From: an uncultured Ruminococcus sp.
GTDB lineage: Bacteria > Bacillota > Clostridia > Oscillospirales > Acutalibacteraceae
Direction of reading: 5' to 3'
NCBI GenBank assembly: GCA_964601235.1
Contig: CAZRMP010000001.1
Location: forward strand, 1-63,605
DNA length: 63,605 nt
The notes under the pieces are model-generated. The model was not told the DNA's origin, did no database searches, and was given only the letters and a program-made list of their open reading frames with translations. Position 1 is the first letter of the stretch. Each line of letters begins with the position of its first letter. Shown one piece after another: positions 45,768-55,873 of the stretch. A program made the translations under genes and the position numbers.

Positions 45768-45801
45768 TTCAGACTGTAAATAATTGATTGTGGTGACGCA
45801 G

Positions 45802-46698
45802 ATGAAGAAAAAACATATTAAGGGAATTGAGGCAAGAAAGAGCCGCTACGGTTTTATGTTTATCCTGCCGTGGGTAATAGGATTTATCTTGTTCTTCTTT
45901 ATTCCTATTATACAGTCTTTTATATATTCAATAAGTACTATACAAGTAACTAATGACGGTATTAAAACCGATTTTATCGGTTTGGAAAATTATATATTCA
46001 TGATAAAAAAAGACGCAAAATACCTCACGATGTTGCAAAGCGCTATTACCGGATTTTTGTATAAGCTTCCGCTTATATTGGTAGTCAGTATAGTTCTTTC
46101 CCTTGTCTTGAATCAGAAGTTCAAGGGCAGGGTAATCTTCAGGGCTATGTTCTTCTTACCCGTTATAATAGCAACGGGCGTGGTTATGGAATTGGTATTT
46201 ATGACTACTGCTGAGTCGAGCACAGCAATGGGTGTTTCGGATTCGATAACATCAAATATGTTTTCTGTTGAAAGCATTATGGAAAGTCTCGACCTACCCA
46301 CGCAAATAGCTACATATATCCAAACCGCGGTAAGCAGTATTTTCGATTTGATATGGGACTGCGGAATACAGATAATTTTGTTTATTGCAGGACTTCAGTC
46401 CATACCGGCTTCTATATATGAAGCGAGCAAGGTTGAAGGTGCTACGAAATGGGAAGAGTTTTGGTTTATCACCTTCCCGCAGTTGTCAAAAATCACACTG
46501 CTTGTAGCCATCTTTACCATGCTTGAAATATTCAGCGATAACCGTAACGATTTAATCAGTAATGCATACACCAGAATGTCCGGCGGTGTATACGACAAAT
46601 CGTCGGCAATGCTGTGGATGTATTTTGCGGTAGTGGCTGTGATTATGGGTATATTAGTTGCGGCATATAATAGATTCTTACTTAAGAAATGGGATTAA
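45802..46698 (+). CDS. Sugar ABC transporter permease (second system, MalF-like)
   Basis: ATG 45802. EAA loop IYEASKVEGATKWEEFWFITFP. Confidence 0.85.
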   Translation: MKKKHIKGIEARKSRYGFMFILPWVIGFILFFFIPIIQSFIYSISTIQVTNDGIKTDFIGLENYIFMIKKDAKYLTMLQSAITGFLYKLPLILVVSIVLSLVLNQKFKGRVIFRAMFFLPVIIATGVVMELVFMTTAESSTAMGVSDSITSNMFSVESIMESLDLPTQIATYIQTAVSSIFDLIWDCGIQIILFIAGLQSIPASIYEASKVEGATKWEEFWFITFPQLSKITLLVAIFTMLEIFSDNRNDLISNAYTRMSGGVYDKSSAMLWMYFAVVAVIMGILVAAYNRFLLKKWD

Positions 46699-46715
46699 CG
46701 GGGGGGTGAGTTTAA

Positions 46716-47696
46716 ATGACTATGAAAAAAGAGTCAGGAAAAAGTAATTTACTAAATGCAAAAACCAAAAAGAAAATTACAAATATAGTAAGTTATGTTG
46801 TAAGATTGATGTTTTTGATTTCAATTTCATACATTGTTATTTACCCCTTGTTATATATGGTTTTAACATCGGTAACTCAAGAATCAGCGTTCATCAGTTC
46901 GCGTAGAATATGGCTTCCCGATCAGGTTACGGGTAGTTTCTATTCTAAGATTATTGAAATCATAGATTACTTTAAGGCGTTGCTTTCGACCGTAAAGTAT
47001 GAAGTTGTTGCGGCGCTTATTGAGGTATGTAGCTGTGCCTTCGCGGCATACGGTTTTTCAAGATTTAAATTCAAATCTAAAAAATTCTTCACCGCAATGC
47101 TGTTCCTCACTATTTTGATACCTACCGCGATGATAATAATTCCCCTTGCAGTCAATTATGCTCATCTTGATTTCTTTGGTATCTTAGGCTTGTTTTATAA
47201 GCTCACAGGCATTGATCTCAGAGTGAACATACTTAATACGCCGTGGTCGTTCTGGCTGCCGTCGTTGTTTGGTATAGGTCTTAGATCGGGAATAATAATA
47301 TACATATATATGCAGTTCTTTAAAGGCTTACCCGGTGAGTTTGAAGAGGCGGCATATGTAGACGGGGCAGGACCGCTCAGAACCTTTTTGCAGATAATTA
47401 TTCCCTCATCAACGGTTGTAATTTTGACAGTAACCGTATTTTCGCTTATTTGGCATTGGAACGATTATCAGATGGCGACAATGTTTATGAGTGCGGATAT
47501 GCCGCTGTCGGTATCCTTGCTTAACCTGCCTGATAATTTAGGCATTTACGGTTATTATATATCAGATTCTGACCCAAGGGCAATTTCACTGATGATGGCT
47601 GCGTGTGTATTATTTATTTTACCTGTGTTGGTATTCTATATGATAGTGCAACATTGGTTTATAGAAAGTGTTGATCGCGTCGGAATTACGGGCTGA
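46716..47696 (+). CDS. Sugar ABC transporter permease (second system, MalG-like)
   Basis: RBS GGGGGTGAG. EAA loop EEAAYVDGAGPLRTFLQIIIP. Confidence 0.85.
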   Translation: MTMKKESGKSNLLNAKTKKKITNIVSYVVRLMFLISISYIVIYPLLYMVLTSVTQESAFISSRRIWLPDQVTGSFYSKIIEIIDYFKALLSTVKYEVVAALIEVCSCAFAAYGFSRFKFKSKKFFTAMLFLTILIPTAMIIIPLAVNYAHLDFFGILGLFYKLTGIDLRVNILNTPWSFWLPSLFGIGLRSGIIIYIYMQFFKGLPGEFEEAAYVDGAGPLRTFLQIIIPSSTVVILTVTVFSLIWHWNDYQMATMFMSADMPLSVSLLNLPDNLGIYGYYISDSDPRAISLMMAACVLFILPVLVFYMIVQHWFIESVDRVGITG

Positions 47697-47757
47697 TAAT
47701 TCTTGACGATCATTATAAATCAAAAACAATAAATTCTATTATTGGAGGAAAAAAACT

Positions 47758-49227
47758 ATGAAAACAACAGTAAAACGCTTGTTGGCATTGTTGTGCGTTG
47801 TCGCCGTCGGCGCTGCCACAATGGCTTCATGCAAAAAGGACACGGTCGATCAGACCAGCTCGGATGAATACGAGATAGAGTATATTTACGAGACCGAATC
47901 GGGCGATGAAACCGCGTCGGGTGACGAGGTTGCGGCAAGCAACGGTGATGCTTCAAGCAAAAATAATTCAAGCAAAAATAATTCAAGCAAAAACAACTCA
48001 AGCAGCGGCAGCTCAAGCACCCCCGGCGTAATTAAGCAGTCCGGCTCATATCATAAGTGGGACTACAGCCAGTTCAAGGGCAAAACGGTTACCTTTGCTA
48101 TGTGGACCGACTTTGTTAAGCCTTATGCTGATGACGCTATAGCGCTGTTCGAGAAAGAAACCGGAATGAAGTTTAAATATATGGACGTTCCTCAGAGGGA
48201 TTATGTTAAAACCGTTACAGGAAAAATCGCGGCAGGCACAGGCCCTGATGTAGTTATAGAAAACAGTTCATTCCCTGCTACCATGGCTATCTTACAGCCT
48301 GTAAACGATTATGTTGATCTTTCGGATTCAATCTGGGATAAGAATTACATTGAATCCTACACTATAAACGGCAAGACATATGCGCTTTCTTGTGAGGGCA
48401 GCCTTTTCGGCGGTTCCGGCGGCAGCAATCTTCTGTGGTACAATAAGACCTTACTTAAGAAGGCGGGAGTTCCGGAGCCGGCTCAGCTTTATGCGGCAGG
48501 CAACTGGACCTGGGATACACTCGGCGAGCTTATGAAGCAATATGAGGCAAGCCCCACTAAGGTTAAAGGTACAGGCGCTATGCGCGGCGACGATACATAT
48601 TTCCTTTCATCTATAGGCGCAAGCTTCTATAATTATGATCCTAACACTGCTACATTTACAAGCAATATTAATGACCCGCTTCTCTCAAAGGCAATAACCA
48701 AAATGGCTGAGTGGGCAAAGGCAGGTTATTATATAAATTCCACCTTATTAGAAGGCGGAGCGGCAATGCAGCTTACCTTCACAATCACTAAAAAGGATGT
48801 TAAGGCTTCAAAGGTTTCCCTCAATGATTTAGGATTCACTTATGCTCCCGATTTTGATAAGGACAACAAGATTGTAACAAAGACCAGCGGAAAAGGCTGG
48901 GGTATATGCAAGGGCGCTAAGAATCCCGAGGCTGCAGGTATATTCATTAAGTACTATTCCGATCCCGGCAACTATGACACCAGCGAATTCTTTGTAAGCG
49001 ATGAATTTACAGACCTTTTCTTCAAGGTTAAAACAATGCAAGCAAAGAAATTCAGAGATGTTGGATACGGTGTTTTAGAGGCAAGCGGTGAACCGGCTGA
49101 TAAGTACTACAATGTTGGTAAGCAGGCTGATCCGAACCAAGTAGCTCCCTATCTCAATGCAATGAAGAACAACGTTGCAACAGAAGCTGCAGAAGCTACT
49201 AAGGTGCTCCAGAACGCAATTAAATAA
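47758..49227 (+). CDS. Sugar ABC transporter substrate-binding lipoprotein
   Basis: RBS GGAGGA. Lipobox TMASC. SSKNN x3 linker. Family-1 SBP body. Confidence 0.8.
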   Translation: MKTTVKRLLALLCVVAVGAATMASCKKDTVDQTSSDEYEIEYIYETESGDETASGDEVAASNGDASSKNNSSKNNSSKNNSSSGSSSTPGVIKQSGSYHKWDYSQFKGKTVTFAMWTDFVKPYADDAIALFEKETGMKFKYMDVPQRDYVKTVTGKIAAGTGPDVVIENSSFPATMAILQPVNDYVDLSDSIWDKNYIESYTINGKTYALSCEGSLFGGSGGSNLLWYNKTLLKKAGVPEPAQLYAAGNWTWDTLGELMKQYEASPTKVKGTGAMRGDDTYFLSSIGASFYNYDPNTATFTSNINDPLLSKAITKMAEWAKAGYYINSTLLEGGAAMQLTFTITKKDVKASKVSLNDLGFTYAPDFDKDNKIVTKTSGKGWGICKGAKNPEAAGIFIKYYSDPGNYDTSEFFVSDEFTDLFFKVKTMQAKKFRDVGYGVLEASGEPADKYYNVGKQADPNQVAPYLNAMKNNVATEAAEATKVLQNAIK

Positions 49228-49281
49228 TTATTTTGAAAACTCGGTAATGTTTTCAAAAGGCAGAGAGGAATGAAATAATCT

Positions 49282-52200
49282 GTGAAAATAAAACAACTTT
49301 CAAAACAATTTTTAGTTGTTGTTTTGGCATTAGCTGTTTTGGCATCGACCTTAATGCTTCAAAGCTTTTCAATCTTCGCAGACGGTGCAATAACCAACTC
49401 TTGGAAAGGCAAAGAAGCGGCAGATTTTGCCGGAGGAAGCGGTACAGACAGCGATCCTTATCAGATTGCCGACGCTTCACAGCTGGCATTGCTTGGTAAA
49501 TACATAGTATCGGACACGCTCGATGAAGACGGCACAAAGTATAAAACAAAATCTTATATACTTACAGCCGATATTTACCTTAACGATGTATCCCCCCTTG
49601 GGGATACACCGTGGTACGAGCGTACCGATACTGACTTAAAGCAGTGGAATTACGGCGCAGGAGCTGTAAACACCGCAAATTACTTTGCCGGTAAATTAGA
49701 CGGTAACGGCTATACAATAAAGGGCATTTACATTGATACCGAATATCAGTGCACCGGCCTCTTCATTGGAACTATGGGGCAGGTCGTTATAAAGAACCTC
49801 GGTATTGAGTCGTCCTATATCAAATCGACCTTTACAGCCACTAATTCTTCTAACCAGGTTGGTGCGATTGTCGGCCGTATAAACAACAATTCAGGAAATA
49901 CAGTCGATATTTCCAACTCCTATGTAGCAGATTCTGTTATTATTACAGGTGCGAATGTCGGCGGTTTCTTCGGTGAGCACGGAGCTCCCTCCAAGGTGAC
50001 AATAACAAACTGTTATTCATCTGCCCAGATTAGCGCCACAGGTAATAAGGGTGCATTTGTGGCAGGAATAGGCGGGAAAAATATTTTAACCGTAAAGAGG
50101 TCCTTCAGTACCCAAACAAATATTAATTTTGTGGGCTACAATTTTACAAGTGAGATTTATGAAGATTGTTATACTTTGGCAACCGCAACGGTAGGTATCA
50201 CAAAGCTTGCTAATCTTGATAAAATGCAGGGTGAAAAAGCGAAGGAAAATATGCCCGCCCTTAACTACACCCATAAGTGGACGGTTCGCGATGGTGATGT
50301 TCCTTATCTTACAGTTTTCGATCATCCTGTAGATGCGGCGGCGCCTACTCTTTCGGGAGATATAAACACAGCAGGTCTGTCAAAAACAACCGCGGCTGTA
50401 ATGTGGCCTGCGGCCAGCGAAGATGTTACAGCGCCTGAGGATATGGTTTACACTCTTTATATGTCTGAAGCACCGATTACAGATGTAAATGCGGCAGGTG
50501 TGGTAAATTGCGGCGAATATATCGGTGAGACCGATGCAACCGTAGATGAACTTACAATGGGCAATAATTATTATTTTGCTGTTGTTGCTACCGATGAAAC
50601 GGGCAAAAGCTCCAACCTGTTTGCTATGGCTCAGCCCTATTGTCATAACTATTCAACATTTGACGATTGGGACGGCACTGTTGCCGAAGGCTTCACCGTA
50701 GGTAACGGTTCTGCGGCAAAGCCTTATATGATTCTTAACGCCGAGCAGTTGGCTTACCTTGTTGATTTGTGCAGAAGCGGTAACGGCGAGGCAACAAGCG
50801 GCAAATATTATACATTAAATGTAGATATTAATCTCAATAATGTAAGCGATGCTGATTGGCAGAAGAACAGCCCCAAGGAGTGGACTGTAGGTACAGCCTA
50901 TGAGTGTGACAAGGCTGCGTTTTACGGTATATTCAACGGTAACGGTCATGTTATCAAGGGCTTGTATATTAATGAGTCTGCGGATGTCTATAACGGTCTT
51001 TTTGCCGCAGTGACTAATAATGCAGTTATTAAAAATCTCGGAATTGAGAACTCATATATCAAAGCAGGCGAGGAAGGCTATGCCGGTGTATTAGCGGGCG
51101 CACGCACTGCTTCTACTAAGGAAGAAGGCGTTGCTGTTGAATATTCATATATCGGCAGCGATGTTACCCTTGACGGTCCGTATCAAGGCGGCTTCTTCGG
51201 AACAGTTTCGAATGTCACTACTATTAAAAATTCTTATTCAAAGGTTAACTTAACGGTTGACGAAGACGGCAAAAATAATCTTGGTACACTTATAGGCGAC
51301 CACTCGATTCCAAACATTACAATTACTGTTGACGGATGCTATAATGCCGTCAACGCTCCTATGGTTGCCTTGACAAACGAGTATGCCAAGGTTACCTATA
51401 AAAATTCCTATACTGTCGGTGCGGACGCGGAGGGTCTCGCTAACAGAACCCTTGAACAAATGACAGGTACGAACGCGATGAACTATATGCGCGGCTTTGA
51501 TTTCGACATCGTATGGGATATTGTGGAAAACGACACACCTGTTCTGGTTGTATTTGTTCCTCCGGTAGAAAATACTAACGATATATGGGACGGCACATTA
51601 GCAACAATTCCCGAGGGTGCTACCCACCCCTATGACAGCGGAACCGGCACAGCGGCCGATCCTTATCTCATTTCCACCCCCGAACAGTTCGCTTATATGC
51701 TCATTAAAGCCAACTGGGGTACTACCAATTCTGTATCCGGCGGAGCACATTATAAATTGTTAAATGATATTTATCTTAATGATGTGTCAGCAGGTGAGTG
51801 GTATAATTCTGCTAATATCAATGCGTGGAGAGGCCAGGCCGATAATGATGCCGAGTGCAGTGGCCGTATGTTCTATGGACATATTCACGGCAACGGTAAA
51901 ACGGTTTACGGTATGTATTATAGCGGCGATGCATATTTTTCCGGATTGATTTACCGTTTTGGTGCAGGTGCAAGTGTTGAGGATTTAAGAATCTCAAAGG
52001 CTTATGTTAATGCTACAAGCTGGAGCGGTTCTCACGGAGTATTAGTCGGACATTCCTGGGGCAATACAACAGTAAAGAATGTCGTTATCGATGATACCGT
52101 AAAGGCCAATGCAGCTAATGGCGGTGCAGCAGTAATAGGCGGAATACAGGGTGATATAACAGCCCCTGTTACTGTTGAGAACTGTTATATCGGCGCTAAT

Positions 52201-54879
52201 ATAACTTCAGGAAACAAAAACCCCCGTGCATTTTTGGGTGCTCTTACTAGTAACTATAGTAAAATAGACTATAATACAACCAGTCATCTTGTTGTTAAAA
52301 ATTCCTGCTATGTAGGTACTTGTCAATTAGTTGTTGAAAATACAACTGCTGGAAAACAACAAGTTAAATTTGAGAACTGCTATACTACAAGTGAAAAACT
52401 ATCGAATATGCGCGATACCGGTACAGGTGTAACCAAACGCACCAAGGCTCAGCTTACAGGCGAAAAAGCCAAAGCAAATATGCAAGGCTTTGATTTTGAG
52501 AGTCTCTGGCGCACACGGGATGGAGATTTCCCGATGTTACAAATATTCCCCGATAATTCTGCGCCAAAGCCAATTCCGGATGAAGAAAATCCGCAATTTG
52601 ATGGCACTATCAGCGTTCCCGAGACCACTAAAATCTCAATAACCATCAGCTGGCCCGAAGCTAAGGACGACTTTACGCCCGGTGCGTTTATGGAATATAA
52701 TGTATATTATTCCGAGTCTCCGATAACTGCGGATAATGTCGGCTCGGCTACAAGGCTTGGTACATACGGTTATAAGCGCGAGGCTACCTTAACTACCGAG
52801 AAATTAGAAACCCTCGGTTTAGAAAGCAAAATCTATTTTGCGGTTGTAGCTATAGACGAAGCGGGCAATGAAGGCTTTATGACTACCGCTGAGCCTATTA
52901 GCCCGAAGGCTTCCGAAAACAAGGTTTGGCAGGGCGGCATAGCAAGGTCCTTTGAATCAGGCTCGGGCACTGAAGACGATCCCTACATTATTGCAAACGC
53001 AGAACAGTTGGCATATCTTGTTTGGAATGCCACCGCAAGCAGTACTGCCACTACTAAGAGAAACGAAGATGGCTCTACTGAATATCTGCCTAAGTATTAT
53101 GCTCTTTCAAACGATATTTCTCTTAACGATGTATCGGTAGAAAACTGGAAGAATAATGATCCGAATGAGTGGTATCCCGGAATTAATGAAGTTAACTGGA
53201 GAAACGGTAGCTACTACGGCCGCTTCTACGGTTCCCTTAACGGTAACGGTTATGTTATTAAGGGACTTTATATCAATGAAAAAGCCACTTTTGTAGGTTT
53301 GATACCTTATATAAACTGCAATGCTCAGATTCAGAAGCTTGGAATTATTGAGTCCGGTGTTTCGGTAAATAACAATGCTAACTGTTATGCAGGTGCCTTT
53401 GCAGGCCGTAGAGATGCGGGAAAAGGTAAAGACGGCGTAAGATTTACAGAGTGCTTCGTTGATGAAACTGTGGAAGTTGACGGAGAGGTGACAGGCGGTG
53501 CGTCAGGTAAAGCATTAGTAGGCGGTTTCATCGGTAATATATTCCACGGTCAAGATATAACGACCGGAATACTTACACTCTTTAAAGACTGCTATTCAGG
53601 CGCGATTGTCAGCGGTTCTGCAGAAGGTAAGCATATGTATTACGGAGTATTTTCCGGAGATACATATTCCGGTAATGTTAAAAATCTGGAATCCAACAAT
53701 TATACCGCAGCTACCATTGTTATGGAAAACTGCTTCAGCACCACCCTTAACGAAAACTTCGTATATGACTATTCGAGATATATGACCGAAGTTATGAATG
53801 CGGAATACGGTAGATATGTCACATACAAGAACTGCTTTACCGCACATACGGTTAACGATAGGGGCTTCACTGTTCTCGGAATTCTTGATATGATCGGTAA
53901 AGACGCTGATAAGTACATTACAGGTCTTGATTATAATAATACCTGGATAACCACAAAAGACGGCACTCCCATGCTCAGAGCCTTCATGAAGGACGGCGAA
54001 AACCGTGAATATCTTGCGATAAACCGTCTCCCTGTTACTGTCACTTTTGCTACAGGCTGTGATCTTGAAGTTGAGTCGCTGAAGGGATATGTAGGCGAGA
54101 AGCTCTCATTACCTACCATTACCCGTGAAGGATATGAATTCCAAGGTTGGTATCTCTATGCTTATGACTCTTCGCTCCAGTATCCTATAGATTTCTTCCC
54201 TGCATTCGATATAACCCTTTATGCTAAGTGGAAAGATCTTTCAACACTCAGGGTAGATTTTGAAAAGTATCCCTATGTTGATGCCGGCGATGAAGGACTC
54301 GGCGAGGACCATGTTTGGTTTAAGCCCGGTGTTGACGGCTACAATGCTAAGTATGTTCACAGCGGAGCACGCAGTATGTTGCGTATCGGAAATCTTGATA
54401 CCGAACAAAGCTTCCAGCTCTTCGATGTTGATTCGAATAAGCTTGAGGTGGGCAAGAAGTATGAGCTTACAATGTGGGTTTACCCTGACGAGGTAACAAG
54501 CGGTAAGATTATGCTCGAATCCTCTGACAGACTCAAGATTTCCAAGAAATCGACTGTTATTGCAAATATTGCTGATGTAACAGCTCTCAAGCAGGGCGAG
54601 TGGCAGCAGGTTAAGATTGAATTCACCGCACAGAACCCCTATGTTCTTATCCGTACATCAGGTTCAAACAAGCTGTATTTCGATGATGTTTCGATTTACG
54701 AGACCGGTGTAGGCACCTTACCTAACGGCAATACCGGAACCAATGTCGGCGGTAATGAAATCGGAAGCACAGGCGAGAGCAACGCCATCGTAATCTGCTT
54801 CGTTGTATTCGCGGCTTCCGCATTGATGATGGCGGCAGTAATTCTTCTTAAAAGGAAACAGTTTAAGGGAGAAAAGTAA
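49282..54879 (+). CDS. 1865-aa membrane-anchored surface protein with four GLUG-type modules, FN3-like domains, a Listeria-Bacteroides-type repeat and a CBM-like domain
   Basis: GTG start. The signal peptide is homologous to that of 30142 (MKIKQLSKQFLVVVLALAVLAS). Four PY.I....QLA.L...Y.L..DI.LN...GNG..IKGLYI modules. GYEFQGWY repeat. C-terminal hydrophobic helix followed by KRKQFKGEK. Confidence 0.8.
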   Translation: MKIKQLSKQFLVVVLALAVLASTLMLQSFSIFADGAITNSWKGKEAADFAGGSGTDSDPYQIADASQLALLGKYIVSDTLDEDGTKYKTKSYILTADIYLNDVSPLGDTPWYERTDTDLKQWNYGAGAVNTANYFAGKLDGNGYTIKGIYIDTEYQCTGLFIGTMGQVVIKNLGIESSYIKSTFTATNSSNQVGAIVGRINNNSGNTVDISNSYVADSVIITGANVGGFFGEHGAPSKVTITNCYSSAQISATGNKGAFVAGIGGKNILTVKRSFSTQTNINFVGYNFTSEIYEDCYTLATATVGITKLANLDKMQGEKAKENMPALNYTHKWTVRDGDVPYLTVFDHPVDAAAPTLSGDINTAGLSKTTAAVMWPAASEDVTAPEDMVYTLYMSEAPITDVNAAGVVNCGEYIGETDATVDELTMGNNYYFAVVATDETGKSSNLFAMAQPYCHNYSTFDDWDGTVAEGFTVGNGSAAKPYMILNAEQLAYLVDLCRSGNGEATSGKYYTLNVDINLNNVSDADWQKNSPKEWTVGTAYECDKAAFYGIFNGNGHVIKGLYINESADVYNGLFAAVTNNAVIKNLGIENSYIKAGEEGYAGVLAGARTASTKEEGVAVEYSYIGSDVTLDGPYQGGFFGTVSNVTTIKNSYSKVNLTVDEDGKNNLGTLIGDHSIPNITITVDGCYNAVNAPMVALTNEYAKVTYKNSYTVGADAEGLANRTLEQMTGTNAMNYMRGFDFDIVWDIVENDTPVLVVFVPPVENTNDIWDGTLATIPEGATHPYDSGTGTAADPYLISTPEQFAYMLIKANWGTTNSVSGGAHYKLLNDIYLNDVSAGEWYNSANINAWRGQADNDAECSGRMFYGHIHGNGKTVYGMYYSGDAYFSGLIYRFGAGASVEDLRISKAYVNATSWSGSHGVLVGHSWGNTTVKNVVIDDTVKANAANGGAAVIGGIQGDITAPVTVENCYIGANITSGNKNPRAFLGALTSNYSKIDYNTTSHLVVKNSCYVGTCQLVVENTTAGKQQVKFENCYTTSEKLSNMRDTGTGVTKRTKAQLTGEKAKANMQGFDFESLWRTRDGDFPMLQIFPDNSAPKPIPDEENPQFDGTISVPETTKISITISWPEAKDDFTPGAFMEYNVYYSESPITADNVGSATRLGTYGYKREATLTTEKLETLGLESKIYFAVVAIDEAGNEGFMTTAEPISPKASENKVWQGGIARSFESGSGTEDDPYIIANAEQLAYLVWNATASSTATTKRNEDGSTEYLPKYYALSNDISLNDVSVENWKNNDPNEWYPGINEVNWRNGSYYGRFYGSLNGNGYVIKGLYINEKATFVGLIPYINCNAQIQKLGIIESGVSVNNNANCYAGAFAGRRDAGKGKDGVRFTECFVDETVEVDGEVTGGASGKALVGGFIGNIFHGQDITTGILTLFKDCYSGAIVSGSAEGKHMYYGVFSGDTYSGNVKNLESNNYTAATIVMENCFSTTLNENFVYDYSRYMTEVMNAEYGRYVTYKNCFTAHTVNDRGFTVLGILDMIGKDADKYITGLDYNNTWITTKDGTPMLRAFMKDGENREYLAINRLPVTVTFATGCDLEVESLKGYVGEKLSLPTITREGYEFQGWYLYAYDSSLQYPIDFFPAFDITLYAKWKDLSTLRVDFEKYPYVDAGDEGLGEDHVWFKPGVDGYNAKYVHSGARSMLRIGNLDTEQSFQLFDVDSNKLEVGKKYELTMWVYPDEVTSGKIMLESSDRLKISKKSTVIANIADVTALKQGEWQQVKIEFTAQNPYVLIRTSGSNKLYFDDVSIYETGVGTLPNGNTGTNVGGNEIGSTGESNAIVICFVVFAASALMMAAVILLKRKQFKGEK
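51586..52497 (+). repeat. 912-bp segment shared with the dockerin protein gene (copy 2)
   Basis: See 30271-31182. The near-identical core is at 51970-52162. Confidence 0.9.
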
Positions 54880-54882
54880 GCT

Positions 54883-55734
54883 ATGAATTTAGAAAACAGC
54901 GGTTACAAGCTTGTGTGGAGCGATGAGTTCGACGGCGGTAAGCTTGACCCCGCTAAATGGACGCTCAGGGCGGATATGGCCGGTAATCCCGGCCTCGCCC
55001 TCTGCGGCGAGGAAAATCCCGCGGTTATGCGTCTTGAGGACGGAAATCTTAAGCTAAGCGCAATAGAAAACCCGGACGGCGATGAACACAAATACTCAAC
55101 CTGCTATTCGGTTACCACATTTAACAAAATGAGGTTCAGGTACGGTTATCTCGAAATATCCGCAAGAGTTCCCTATATGCAGGGCGCGTGGCCGTCCTTT
55201 TGGCTTAAATCTCTTGCCGATGATATTTGCCCTACACCTCGGGCCGATTATATGGCGGAGATCGATGTATTTGAGGTTTTTTCAACTACCGATACCGCTG
55301 TCCCGAATCTTCATAAATGGTATGAGCGTATGGTTAAATTGCCTAACGGATATGAAGTCAATCATACGCAGGGCGGCAATTACCTTGATAAATCGCTCGA
55401 AAGGAAGCTGTATGTATTTAAGGATACAAGCAAGCTTTGCGATGAGTATCACACTTACGGCTTTGAATGGACTCCGGAGTATATGTCTATGTCGATTGAC
55501 GGTGAGGTATATTGCACCTACGATATTAACAGCAATTATGACGAATTTAGCGATATGAGCGGTTTCCATGACGCGCTGTATGTCCTGTTCAATAACCATA
55601 TTTTCACCGAGCATAACAATTCTTGGATTCCTCGCGCAAAGGTAGACGAGAACACGACTTTTCCGATTAATTATTGGATTGATTATATTCGTCTTTATCA
55701 GAAGGATGAATACGGCGATTTATATTTAGGCTAA
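54883..55734 (+). CDS. GH16 glycoside hydrolase without signal peptide
   Basis: The RBS lies in the end of the upstream gene. WSDEFDG, FRYGYLEISARVP, WPSFWL and the EIDVFE catalytic motif are present. Confidence 0.85.
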   Translation: MNLENSGYKLVWSDEFDGGKLDPAKWTLRADMAGNPGLALCGEENPAVMRLEDGNLKLSAIENPDGDEHKYSTCYSVTTFNKMRFRYGYLEISARVPYMQGAWPSFWLKSLADDICPTPRADYMAEIDVFEVFSTTDTAVPNLHKWYERMVKLPNGYEVNHTQGGNYLDKSLERKLYVFKDTSKLCDEYHTYGFEWTPEYMSMSIDGEVYCTYDINSNYDEFSDMSGFHDALYVLFNNHIFTEHNNSWIPRAKVDENTTFPINYWIDYIRLYQKDEYGDLYLG

Positions 55735-55750
55735 GCCAAAAGATAAAACA

Positions 55751-55843
55751 CAGCCGCGTTAAGGTGTTAATAACTTCCGAATTCCGCACCGTGCGACATT
55801 CGGGTCACAGTTAAAATACTGCCTTTAACGCGGTTGTTTTTTT
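55751..55843 (+). terminator. Long compound terminator (14-bp outer stem with two G-U pairs, inner hairpin, T7 run)
   Basis: CAGCCGCGTTAAGG pairs with CCTTTAACGCGGTTG. Inner stem CCGAAT/ATTCGG. Followed by TTTTTTT. Confidence 0.6.
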
Positions 55844-55873
55844 AAAAATTTAAACAGACTGTGAGGTCATATT

